The notes: generated by a model not told the origin, from the sequence alone. DNA of 63,314 nucleotides, filler included, from Octopus bimaculoides (GCF_001194135.2; 6 parts of 5 records of this genome joined end to end with filler, not necessarily neighbours in it); one strand, 5' to 3'; shown: positions 51,915 through 63,200, counted from the whole stretch's first letter. Program-made: numbers and translations.

Positions 51915-52293
51915 TGTATAAATATAAAAACTGGGAGATTAAACTAGATATCGNNNNNNNNNNNNNNNNNNNNNNNNNNNNNNNNNNNNNNNNNNNNNNN
52001 NNNNNNNNNNNNNNNNNNNNNNNNNNNNNNNNNNNNNNNNNNNNNNNNNNNNNNNNNNNNNNNNNNNNNNNNNNNNNNNNNNNNNNNNNNNNNNNNNNNN
52101 NNNNNNNNNNNNNNNNNNNNNNNNNNNNNNNNNNNNNNNNNNNNNNNNNNNNNNNNNNNNNNNNNNNNNNNNNNNNNNNNNNNNNNNNNNNNNNNNNNNN
52201 NNNNNNNNNNNNNNNNNNNNNNNNNNNNNNNNNNNNNNNNNNNNNNNNNNNNNNNNNNNNNNNNNNNNNNNNNNNNNNNNNNNNNNNNNNNNN

Positions 52294-52346
<53 letters not shown>

Positions 52347-53856
52347 ATGTAAATATATGTGTGTATATATGTGTGTGTGTGTGTCTGTGTACTAATTTAT
52401 GTGCATGTCTCTCTCTATCTCTGTCACACTCTCTTCCTCTCTCATGCCTGTCTCTCGCTCTTTTTCTTTCTCTCTCTCCCTCTCTTTCTCTTTCTCTTTC
52501 TCTCGCTCTCTCTCTGTGTTTCTCCCTCTTTCTTCTCTGATTTTCTAATATATATATGCATCCACCACACACATAGAAACACACAATACTCTGTACAAAA
52601 ACTTCCTACACAAGACATATAAGCACCTACAAAGAGAAAGAGGTCTCTACTACCTTCTGCAAATGAAGCTCGTCAAAATTACCCGTGATCTTTTCTTTCT
52701 ACTTATGAAATGGCGAACTCTTCCTCATCATTTTGGTAGTTTCCCGTCAACCATTGATTGATAGGCCGTTCAGTTGGTTATCTTCAAACATCTACCAAAT
52801 TCGGGCTCCATGTATTCGATACCTATCCCCCCACCCCGCGTACACACACACACACGCATGCTATTTTTGTCGTCAGCTATTCCATTAAACCTTCTTGCAT
52901 ATTCTTTTATTTCTTACAGTCGCTGACGATTACCCATTTCTGTCCAGATTCCACTTTCTCACCATCGTCGCAAAACTTCGATACGTAAATTCTGTTAGGA
53001 GCCATTGAATAACACTATCAAGGCAGTGTACACCACTCGTCTTCTCTATTCATATTTGTCGGCCCCTGTTGTTGCCGCACAAAAGATATGGCTATTTCCA
53101 TTTGTCTCTGCATCCGCACTAGCTGATCTCGGATGGGACGATTATGGAAAATGAAGAAGAGAAGGGGAAAAGAGAGACAAAGACTAAGCTAGAATTAAAG
53201 AGAGGAAGATAGAAAGCGAGGAAAGAACAGGGTAGAATGCTTGAAAATAGAAAAGTAGAAAAGAGCGGGCAAAGGAAACCAGAGAAAGAACGGTTGGAGA
53301 AATGTGCATCGCGTTACAATTCCACGTACTTTCAGTTCTCACGTGCTGGTTCTTCATTTCGAACAAGACCACTCTTGGCTGTCTCCTCTTTCACTTCTCA
53401 TTGTTGAAGAGCTAATATCCTCTTATGTCTCAAGCTACTGCCATCTAGCACCTGTGGATGATCTCTACTCAACCGTTACACAACTGCTACTCGACTGCTA
53501 CTCAACACTCCTACCACGGCCAGACTACCTCTATTTATATGTCTTGGGAGATCCTACTTCTTCGCCTGGAGGCATCGACACAACATGTCCAAAATTAACA
53601 ATTTAATTCAACATTGTCTATGTACATTTGTCACTTTGTCAATTCTGTTTTACTTAAATATCTGTTTAAATATTTGCTTACTATCCTTGATGTTTTGTCC
53701 CTTCTTTTGTATGTCTCTGCCGAAAAAAATAACTATTTCCCTTATCCTTTTCCGTGTCCCTTTAATCGATTGAACATCATATTTAAATAATATTTTCTAA
53801 CATCTTGTTGCATCTTGCGGGGATCGTTACGCCAATGATAATAATACATATTGGTT

Positions 53857-54092
53857 GAAGGCGGTGAGCTGGCAGAAACGTTAGCACGCCGGGCGAAATG
53901 CTTAGCGGTATTTTGTCTGCCGTTACGTTCTGAGTTCAAATTCCACCGAGGTCGACTTTGCCTTTCATCCTTTCGGGGTCGATTAAATAAGTACCAGTTA
54001 CACACTGGGGTCGATGTAATCGACTTAATCCCTTTGTCTACCCTTGTTTGCCCCCTCTATGTTTAGCCCCCTTTGGGCAATAACGAAATAAA
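53857..54092 (+). mobile_element. SINE family B, young full-length-like copy
   Basis: GAAGGCGGTGAGCTGGCAGAAACGTTAGCACGCCGGGCGAAATGC..GAGTTCAAATTCCACCGAGGTCGAC..GTCGATGTAATCGAC; CpGs intact. Confidence 0.85.
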
Positions 54093-54222
54093 TAATAACA
54101 CACATTGGTTCTATCGTTAGTCAAATGGTTAAATATCTAACCAACAGACTTGCTGCTTGAACCATTAATCGGTTGTTTGTTTGTCAAAGTTCTTCCGTCT
54201 CTGTCTACGATCTTTTCACTGA

Positions 54223-54324
<102 letters not shown>

Positions 54325-54659
54325 AGGTCTCTCGTAATTTCTCATTCATTTGCTTTCTTGATCCGTGATACCGTAAATACTATCCGGCGTCCTGTTGCCC
54401 CAAGCCTTTGCTATTGTCCTGTCTTCAATAAACCTTTACTGAGTAGAATTTTTCTTTAAGTCTATTTGCACGCTGCCCTATTATTAATATATAGAAACCG
54501 CAGAATATCAGTTACTTGGTCATGGTATGATATTCGTTCTCTTGTTTGTATTTTCCTATATTTTACTCCTTTCGATTAATTCCTGCAGATAATGTTCCTC
54601 TCTTTGATTGCAACAAAACAAAAATGTCTTCGCTTAACATTGTTGTGTACTAAAGATAT

Positions 54660-54826
54660 GTAGGCGCAAGCTGTGTGGTAAGTGGCTTGCTTACCAACCA
54701 CATAGTTCCGGGTTCAGTCCCACTGCGGGGCACCTTGGACAAGTGTCTTCAATTATAGCCTCGGGTTGACCAAAGCTTTGAGTGGAATTGGTAGACGGAA
54801 ACTGAAAGAAGCCCGTCGTATATGTG

Positions 54827-54869
<43 letters not shown>
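54660..54869 (+). mobile_element. Octopus OR-like SINE, 5' half
   Basis: GTAGGCGCAAGCTGTGTGGTAAG..TTCCGGGTTCAGTCCCACTGCGGGCACCTTGGACAAGTGTCTTC..(GT)n running into a gap. Confidence 0.8.
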
Positions 54870-55172
54870 NNNNNNNNNNNNNNNNNNNNNNNNNNNNNNN
54901 NNNNNNNNNNNNNNNNNNNNNNNNNNNNNNNNNNNNNNNNNNNNNNNNNNNNNNNNNNNNNNNNNNNNNNNNNNNNNNNNNNNNNNNNNNNNNNNNNNNN
55001 NNNNNNNNNNNNNNNNNNNNNNNNNNNNNNNNNNNNNNNNNNNNNNNNNNNNNNNNNNNNNNNNNNNNNNNNNNNNNNNNNNNNNNNNNNNNNNNNNNNN
55101 NNNNNNNNNNNNNNNNNNNNNNNNNNNNNNNATAAAAGAATAAAAGAATACATATATATACAAACATACATG

Positions 55173-55225
<53 letters not shown>

Positions 55226-55954
55226 GATAAACTTGTTAGATAAGGCCGAATCAATGCGATATTAAATACAAAATAAACCACAGAAAAGGAAATAGAATAG
55301 CCGAGGTCTTAGCCCAAATTTCGATATTTCGGGGTTATGACTCCTTCTTCGGTACATGTGGAGAAATGAGGGGTGCAATAAGTGCTCCTTATTAACAAAT
55401 TGGGACCAGCTCTAAATGACTGGCTATTATAACAACATTAGTCTACGCCATCTTACCTTCCTCCCTTACACATCTGAGCAACGATTTATTTCATCAAGGG
55501 GTTACAACACCGAAATATCGAAATATAAGGCAAAAACTACAACTGTTGTTCTGTTGTTTTTTATGGGTTTTTTTCTTTGTTTGTTTGTTGGGTTTTTTTT
55601 TTGTAGTTTAACTTGTATTTCATCTCACATTGTTTCGGCCTTATCATACGAGTTTATCAAATGTAATATCACACAATGCTTTACCCTATCTATTCTCTGT
55701 GTGTGTGTGTGTGTGTNNNNNNNNNNNNNNNNNNNNNNNNNNNNNNNNNNNNNNNNNNNNTTAATTAATTAANNNNNNNNNNNNNNNNNNNNNNNNNNNN
55801 NNNNNNNNNNNNNNNNCTTTGATATGATTAATTATTATAAGTTTTTTGGATAATTGTTCGAATTTTAAAAGTTGGCATTTTTTTATTGCCAGCAAGGAGC
55901 TGCGCCTGCGCAGTAGATCTGAAAAAATTAGGATGTATAAACGGGAGGCATTGT

Positions 55955-55999
55955 CGTACGCTGAAGAAGCGAAATAACCCTGAAACTCGAGTACGTACG
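55955..55999 (+). ncRNA. Minimal type I hammerhead ribozyme motif, near intact
   Basis: CGTACG-CTGAAGA-AGCG-AAATAA-CCCT-GAAA-CTCGAG-TA-CGTACG. Stem I is 6 perfect bp; core CUGANGA and GAAA present; stem II has 3 of 4 pairs; stem III is the palindrome ACTCGAGT; GUA cleavage triplet with predicted cut after 55993. Confidence 0.78.
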
Positions 56000-57586
56000 T
56001 ATCGTAGATCAAGATGGGAAAGATAACTTCCCTTGGCAAATACAGACAGGACACAGAAGTGTGACGATAGCCAGCTGGAGGAGATGTCCTCCTGGGGCTA
56101 AAAGCAACAGTAACATCCACCCCTCGCGGTCAGCCACATTTATGTGGCAAATATACTTCACTATATATATATATATATATATATATGCATGCTTGCACAT
56201 ATGTATCCAACCTCTAGTAATTGTTGGGGTTTTGATATACGCGTGTGTGTGTGTCCTTGTGTATATTGGTATAAATTGGTGCAGAATAGATGTAACTCAG
56301 TGCGTGTTCACAAACATTTGACAGAGGTAAATGAGTGCCATAGTAAATACTGAGGTCATTATAAATGACAATAAATGTTACAAGATGGTACCTCAGCTGG
56401 ATTGTTGTGCAATAGTTAAATCCATAAAATACAAAAGAGTTTTAACATATACAGTCTCTTTTAGTTACATTAACATTCAGCACTTCTCTGAAATTATATA
56501 TTATAAGCTGAGTGACCCAGCGTTGCCCGAGTTACTGCTGCTTTTATTCAGATTAGTAAACATTAAATATAAAGATATATTCTCATAATTATTTCATAAT
56601 ACCCATATTATATTTAAAAGTATCCATATTGGGTATATTAATCAAATTCTACCACCTCCTAGATTTCGATTATCTCCCCTATACCGGAAGAAATCCCTAA
56701 TTACCTCCCCCTATCTAGAACTCTTCTTTCTAAGACTGGAACGAACACGACACAATGAAGTAGAGAAATTTGAAAAGACAACACGAAACCGGTTATTTCT
56801 CAAAATACAATGTTTATATACCAAAAAGATTTTATAACATTTTTATAACATTTTTCTTACATTTTTCTGACATAATTTAAATATATACTTTAACCATGTA
56901 ACACAAGCCTGCTGTAGTTTTTTCACTCTTATTATCTTTTATANNNNNNNNNNNNNNNNNNNNNNNNNNNNNNNNNNNNNNNNNNNNNNNNNNNNNNNNN
57001 NNNNNNNNNNNNNNNNNNNNNNNNNNNNNNNNNNNNNNNNNNNNNNNNNNNNNNNNNNNNNNNNNNNNNNNNNNNNNNNNNNNNNNNNNNNNNNNNNNNN
57101 NNNNNNNNNNNNNNNNNNNNNNNNNNNNNNNNNNNNNNNNNNNNNNNNNNNNNNNNNNNNNNNNNNNNNNNNNNNNNNNNNNNNNNNNNNNNNNNNNNNN
57201 NNNNNNNNNNNNNNNNNNNNNNNNNNNNNNNNNNNNNNNNNNNNNNNNNNNNNNNNNNNNNNNNNNNNNNNNNNNNNNNNNNNNNNNNNNNNNNNNNNNN
57301 NNNNNNNNNNNNNNNNNNNNNNNNNNNNNNNNNNNNNNNNNNNNNNNNNNNNNNNNNNNNNNNNNNNNNNNNNNNNNNNNNNNNNNNNNNNNNNNNNNNN
57401 NNNNNNNNNNNNNNNNNNNNNNNNNNNNNNNNNNNNNNNNNNNNNNNNNNNNNNNNNNNNNNNNNNNNNNNNNNNNNNNNNNNNNNNNNNNNNNNNNNNN
57501 NNNNNNNNNNNNNNNNNNNNNNNNNNNNNNNNNNNNNNNNNNNNNNNNNNNNNNNNNNNNNNNNNNNNNNNNNNNNNNNNNNNNNN

Positions 57587-58136
57587 AAAAGAAGGGAAGA
57601 CGACACTTCAAAACGGCGTTTTTTTTTTGGTTGTCGTTCAAATCGTGCAGCACCCATTTCTCAAGTATTTTTGTTTTTCCAATCTCTTTCAAGTAGTTGG
57701 AAATTGTCATATACCTTACGTCTAATTCAGAAGCAAGCTCTCGTACAGCTGTGCGTGGATTGACTTCGACTAAAACTCTCAGTTGATCGTTGTCAACATC
57801 TAATGGCCGACCACTACGCTTATCATCTTCAAGACTCTCGTCACCGCTACGAAATTTCTTGAACCACCATTGTGCTGTACGTTCATTAGTCGTTTCTGGG
57901 CCAAACGCATGGTTTCAGCAGTTTTTCGGCCTAGCTAGAACTGGAATAAGAAAATTGTGTGAATTTGCTTTGTGTCCATGTTGTATTCAACGTTCCGGAA
58001 AAAATGGCTTAATTATTCAAAAAGAAAGAGTAACACGATTAGATGGAGCGAAAAACGGGCTTTAAAATGATATATAAAGTCAAAGTAATTTAAAACCAAA
58101 ATTAAAAATTCCGCAAGAATTTTCTTGACAACCTAA
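57587..58136 (-). mobile_element. Mariner element, 5' TIR and N-terminal transposase, remainder lost in a gap
   Basis: TA-TTAGGTTGTCAAG TIR, then MDTKQIHTIFLFQF*LGRKTAET..NERTAQWWFKKFRSGDESLEDDKRSGRP..NPRTAVRELASEL..EKWVLHDLNDN (HTH domains and the WVPHEL motif). Confidence 0.88.
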
Positions 58137-58384
58137 TATTATTATAACTTCGTCTTTCACACCAATTTCTGTTTCCGTTTATATTCGTTTGATATCAGTT
58201 TTTTTTCTTTTCCTCCTCTTTCATTTGCTTTGTTTCCAGAATGCCTATGAATTTATATCTGTTCTCGTTGCCGTTAATTTTCTCCACAACCTGCTTCTCT
58301 GGTAACGTAATTTCTTACATTTCATCAATTCTACCTCCCCTCAGTTGTAGCGCCCCGCACATTTTATATCAAACGCCATCCCTA

Positions 58385-59370
58385 TGTGCATGCTGAATGT
58401 ATTAATTGTATGTACAAGAGAATGTTCATAGGATTTTCCAAAGAGTTTTATGTCATCCATAAACAAGCAGGTGGTTTATTTTGGTCTCACCCCCCACACC
58501 TACCACTCATAACCAACTTTGCCTTTTTCAGCACTAATGAAATTAGAACCATACACAATAGAAACAGAAAAACGAAAGATTTTTCCCTGGAATATTCCTC
58601 ATTTGATGTTAACAACTCCCAATATCTGTTTGCATGATTTTAGCTTAGTCTTCCAAGCGTCCATACTACTGATCATACCAAACATTTCCAAACATTTCCA
58701 AACATTCCACTGTCCAACTATGTGGCATCCTGTCATAAGATTTGCAGTAATCGTTCAAGGCTATGGCAAGGTTTGTGCACCTCATTTTATAATCTTTAAA
58801 GATAACCTTATCAATCAACAATTGGGATGTACGAGAAGAAACAGGGGGACTAATAATTATTAGTCCCCCTGTTTCTTCTCGTACATCCCTTCTGCTCTTC
58901 ATGGAGTATCTCTTCTTGATTTTCATACAGTGCCTCAGCAATAACACCTGTCATAAGCATCCACATAGAGAGAAGGCATCCTTCAAACACAAGATCTTTC
59001 TACCTAAGGTCAACCTTTCTGGCGAACTCTCTTCTCCATTCAAGCAGTTGCTCAGTAATTCTATCCTGAAGTCCCACACCTCTTTCAAACAGAACCCTTT
59101 TAGCCCGTCTTTGCCTGGAGCTTTCCTATTTGGCATCTTTCTACGCTGAATAGTTATCCAATCAGTTGTTATTTCTAATTCTTCCCGGTGATTATCCGTA
59201 ACGTCCTTTTTCATATTAGTCAGTCACCCCACACTTGTATTGTGCACTTTTCCTATACTCCAGGTATCACTCCAAGACTTGTGACTTTTATCTGCATCCT
59301 TCCTAACCATGTCATTCATCTCTTGATAGAATCTCTTCTGATTTTGTTTGAAACGTAGATTCTGTTTATA
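58385..59370 (-). mobile_element. R4/Dong-clade RT fragment (second subfamily)
   Basis: [23 protein letters not shown]; RKMPNRKAPGKDGL; DYCKSYDRMPHSWTVECLEMFG; and a frameshifted KINHL..FMDDIKLFGK catalytic motif. Confidence 0.85.
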
Positions 59371-59469
59371 CTTCTATATATGGATGACCTAAAAGCAAGT
59401 TAAAAAGCCTAATGAGTGTAGGAAGATCTGTATTCAATGTTTTAAAGTATAAGCCTAGCTGGGGGGTAA

Positions 59470-59935
59470 GGGTGGCTTTATCTCTCGAATGCATGACTTG
59501 ATATGGACCATCGTAGGGTGACTGGTGGGGTCTTCGTCGTGTGTCACGTCGAATGAACACAAAGTTAGCTGTGCGGGGGCCATTTGGTACGGATGATATG
59601 GGTGTGCCATGTGTCGACATGGAAACAGGGCGCAACTGGCCTATGCTGTCTCTCAGTTGAGCGAGTTACCTTTTGACATCCGGGTCTGACTTTGTATTCG
59701 GCACTGTAACGGGAGCACCGTACACCATTTCTGCAGAGGAAGTGTTGAGATTTTCTTTTGGAACAGTGCGGATTCCCAGCATCACCCATAGGAGTTGGTC
59801 GATCCAATTTGGCCCGTTAAGTCTGGTTGTCAGGGATTCCTTCAGGCGGTGGTGAAATCTCTCCACTAATCCGTTGGCCTGTGGGCGGTAGGCTGTTGCG
59901 CGGTTCTTTGTGATTCCAAAAAAGTCACACGTCAT
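59470..59935 (-). mobile_element. Ty3/Gypsy LTR retrotransposon integrase fragment
   Basis: TAYRPQANGLVERFHHRLKESL..WIDQLLWVMLGIRTVPKENLNTSSAEMVYGAPVTVP (rve core C-terminal half) and FVFIRRD..SPYDGPYQV (GPY/F motif). Confidence 0.88.
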
Positions 59936-59937
59936 TC

Positions 59938-60268
59938 CTTTAGTCGAGCAAATCGACCCCAGGACTTATTCTTTGGAAGCCTAGTACTTATTCTATCGGT
60001 CTCTTTTGCCGAACCGCTAAGTTACAGCATCGGTTGTCAAGCGATGTTGGGGGGACAAACACAGACACACAAACATATACACACACATATATATATATAT
60101 ACATATATACGACGAGTTTCTTTCAGTTTTCCGTCTACCAAATCCACTCACAAGGCTTTGGTCCGCCCGAGACTATAGCAGAAGACAGTCGCCTAAGGTG
60201 CCACGCCGTGGGAATGAACTCAGAACCATGTGGTTGGTAAGCAAGCTACTTACCACACAGCCACTCAT
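59938..60268 (-). mobile_element. Octopus OR-like SINE
   Basis: CTCTTTTGCCGAACCGCTAAG..TTGTCAAGCGATGTTGGGGGGACAAA(CA)n..CCTAAGGTGCCACGCCGTGGGA..TACCACACAGCCACTC. Confidence 0.85.
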
Positions 60269-60429
60269 AAACTATTAAAAGTGAAACTTTTATATCACAT
60301 TACAATACACAGATTTTTGTTTCACTTTTGACACGTAATACCGAAACAATCTAAGAGACTGATGCGGGCTTGCATTAAGCAAGAAGTTGAAAAATTATTT
60401 GGCCCATGGTGACACTCTATGGAACCAAA

Positions 60430-60575
60430 CTAATGCATGTGTAAAATTTGAATGAAATCAGTTGGGTAGTTCTCGAGTTTTAGTGGTGGACACATACAGA
60501 CGCACATGCGCGCGCGCACACACACACACACACATCACACACAGACGGACACAAGTTCTCAGTAGTATATATATA
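60430..60575 (-). mobile_element. DINE/Helentron-like element end
   Basis: GTGTAAAATTTGAATGAAATCAGTTGGGTAGTTCTCGAG is the reverse complement of the 15370-15410 motif; ends in a microsatellite plus TATATATAGA. Confidence 0.45.
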
Positions 60576-60640
60576 GAGTTATATACTTTATTTACATTAT
60601 TTACACTTGACGAATATTTGTCCTCATCTTGTTTGTTGTT

Positions 60641-60686
60641 GGCACAACTTTTCGTCTGGTATATCCTCCAGCCTTCATCAGGTGTC
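60641..60686 (-). ncRNA. Decayed minimal hammerhead motif in the Penelope inverted terminal repeat
   Basis: Minus strand: GACAC-CTGATGA-AGGCTGG-AGGATATA-CCAGAC-GAAA-AG-TT-GTGCC; core intact, one mismatch in each stem. Confidence 0.6.
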
Positions 60687-60721
60687 TTGGGGAAATTTCG
60701 AACCTGGGTTCTCATTTTCGA

Positions 60722-60980
60722 TGTTATTATTATTATTATTATTGTTCAGTAGTTTTATTTTTATAACGTGCTTTCACTTCACTACCGAGCGCAGCTCTGT
60801 GCGCCTTGGGTATGTGCTGTGGTTTGCTGTGGTGCTCTTATGTTTACTGTATTGAAAGTGTTTTGCGTAGAATGTGTGCAGTACCCAGTAGTGCAATTTT
60901 CTGTATGTTATATATATTTGTAAGTCCTGATATTTTTGTTATGTATTTGTCTGAATATTTTTTTATTATACCTAAGGCAC
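60722..60980 (-). mobile_element. 5'-truncated R4/Dong copy with (AAT)n tail
   Basis: ALGIIKKYSDKYITKISGLTNIYNIQKIALLGTAHILRKTLSIQ* (QKxALLGTAHILRK is the RLE C-terminus), then 3' UTR and AAAACTACTGAACAATAATAAT. Confidence 0.85.
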
Positions 60981-61522
60981 ATTATTATTATTATTATTAT
61001 TATTCAGTAGTTTTATTTTTATNNNNNNNNNNNNNNNNNNNNNNNNNNNNNNNNNNNNNNNNNNNNNNNNNNNNNNNNNNNNNNNNNNNNNNNNNNNNNN
61101 NNNNNNNNNNNNNNNNNNNNNNNNNNNNNNNNNNNNNNNNNNNNNNATATTTGTACATTATTTTTCTTCCATGTTTTATATGTATGTGTTGTTGCGTTTT
61201 CGTTTTTTGGGTAGAGTACTGCTGTGAAATAGGCGTGTAGGATCGAAATGTGTTCCTCACGTGTCCATTTATGCCGTTTTGGTTTTGTTTGCGGGACATG
61301 AGGAACAACGTCCGGCCCTTTATTTTGACGGTCGTCGTTTTCGTAGGGTACCGGTTCGTTTATTTCTGTTGTCAGATTGTTTTGCACGTTCATATCTTCG
61401 TATTTTTTTCTTAACAAGCTTACAGTACGTACTTCTCGGTTGTTATTCTTGGGTGAAATACCGGTGTTATTTAATATGTTTGTAATTTTTTTGTACATGG
61501 TGTTTTGGGGTTCGAAGATGGT
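60981..61522 (-). mobile_element. R4/Dong element, probably full length but collapsed at the 61023-61146 gap
   Basis: The N-terminal ORF from 61498 has KRHKWTREEHISILHAYF, an R4/Dong N-terminal motif. Left of the gap lies a second 3' end ATAAAAATAAAACTACTG(AAT)n. Confidence 0.7.
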
Positions 61523-62379
61523 TTATTATTATTATTATTATTATTATTATCATTATTTTTATTTTTTATTATTGGGCAATTATTGGGCAATTATTGGGCA
61601 ATTATGGAGTGAATTTTAGGGCTTATAAATCTAATATTTTCCTATCCTTCCTTAATACCGCTTCCCATATGCTATTCGTATTTGCATAGTGTAAAGAGAG
61701 GAATTGCTCAGTGCCTAAAACATTGAGCAAAGAATATAAGTAGTGATCGTGATACCCACCACGAAGAAATGATCAAGCTCAGTAACAATCTATTAAGCAA
61801 CAACCACCCCAAAAACATACTATCGATTCCAATTATGAAGAAAAAAGAGGGTGAAACCAATAAACGGTCCACAGTCTGTCTACCTATGTTAAAGGCCTTT
61901 CCGAAAAGATACAAAAGATATGCGGCCCATATGACATCAGGACAGTATTCAAGAGTAATACAACACATCACAAATATCTTCTTCGTGTAAAACCACCAAT
62001 AAAAGAGAATATGACCAAAAACTGCGTCTACTCCATCCCATGCAGCTGTGGTAGCTTATACAATGGCGAACCATGTCGCCCCCTCAAAATAAAGGTAGAG
62101 GAACATCGCAAAGCTGTGACACGAGGGGATATTGATAAATCGGGTATAGCTGATCATGTAAGGAAAAATGGAGACCAATTCCGCCAGTGGGATGAAGTTA
62201 AAATAATAGACAGAGAACACCACTGGAAAATACGAAAGTTAAAATAAGCAGCACATATGCTAGGAAACAATAAACTCCTAAGCAGACCAAGTGCAGATAT
62301 GAATAGTATATGGGAACCGGTATTAAGGAAGGTTAGGAAAATAGATTTATAAGCTCTAAAATTCACTCCATAATTGCCC

Positions 62380-62445
<66 letters not shown>

Positions 62446-62610
62446 AATAATAATAATATCGAAACATACCTTAGGAATGAGAACCTAGGTTCGAAATTTC
62501 CCCAAGACACCCGATGAAGTCTGGAGAACAAATATCTGTCAAATGTAGATAATGTAAATAATGTACATAATTCCTCATCTCTTAAAAATAGAACTGTATA
62601 GAGTTATATA

Positions 62611-63200
62611 TTGTTGAGAGAGTATTTCGCTTTGCTATCAGTTACATTGTCTCTTTCTATCATTACTGCATTTTCATCAAACCTGGGTTGGTGTATAATT
62701 ATTTCCCCAGTAGTATCTTCTTTAGCTGCAACTTGGTTCCTTTTATCCCTTACAGACTGTTTAATTTGGTCAATCTCTAATTCAGTTAGTAATTTCTTTT
62801 TCAAAATGCTTCTCGTAAGCTTGGCAAGTTTGTTACTGTAGGATTTTGTTAGATAGGATCTTGTTAGATAGGATCTTGTTAGATAGGATCTTGTTAGATA
62901 GGATGTTACTTCAAGGTGCTTCTGTCTCCAGTTTAGGTAGGTTTGGTTAGTATTAGATTTATTTGTGGGGAAATACATGACATGACAGAAGGTCTTAAAG
63001 ACTTCTTTATTATCTTCCCTTGACCATTTTCATTCTTTATCTTCTGGTTATTTGATGACGAGCGTCGATGGCCATCAGTTGGAATATTCCAGTTGTTGGG
63101 TACTTCCAGCTCCTGTGTTTCGGGAAGAATAGAACAAGTAGCTGATTTTTCGCACCCAGTCAGGTTCCTGAATCTTTTTGGTTTGACGGGCAACATTTAT
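62611..63200 (-). mobile_element. R4/Dong N-terminal ORF fragment
   Basis: ..NKLAKLTRSILKKKLLTELEIDQIKQ and a frameshifted KRKWSRED-like motif upstream, paralleling 61.2-61.5 kb. Confidence 0.65.
62839..62907. repeat. 15-bp tandem repeat (TAGGATCTTGTTAGA)x4 plus a partial unit
   Basis: Directly visible; gives the SYLTR repeat on the minus strand. Confidence 0.92.

Larger units (their letters stand above)
60586..62596 (+). mobile_element. Penelope-like element: RT thumb + GIY-YIG fragment (61690-62330), 3' terminal repeat (to about 62596), and an inverted copy of the terminal repeat upstream (60586-60725 and 61520-61687)
   Basis: VKRGIAQCLKH..EMIKLSNNLLSNNHPKNIL; then NCVYSIPCSCGSLYNGEPCRPLKIKVEEH..SGIADHV..WDEVKIIDREHHWKIRKLK (GIY-YIG). 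61560-61687 and 60586-60725 are reverse complements of 62295-62385 and 62460-62570. Confidence 0.85.
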
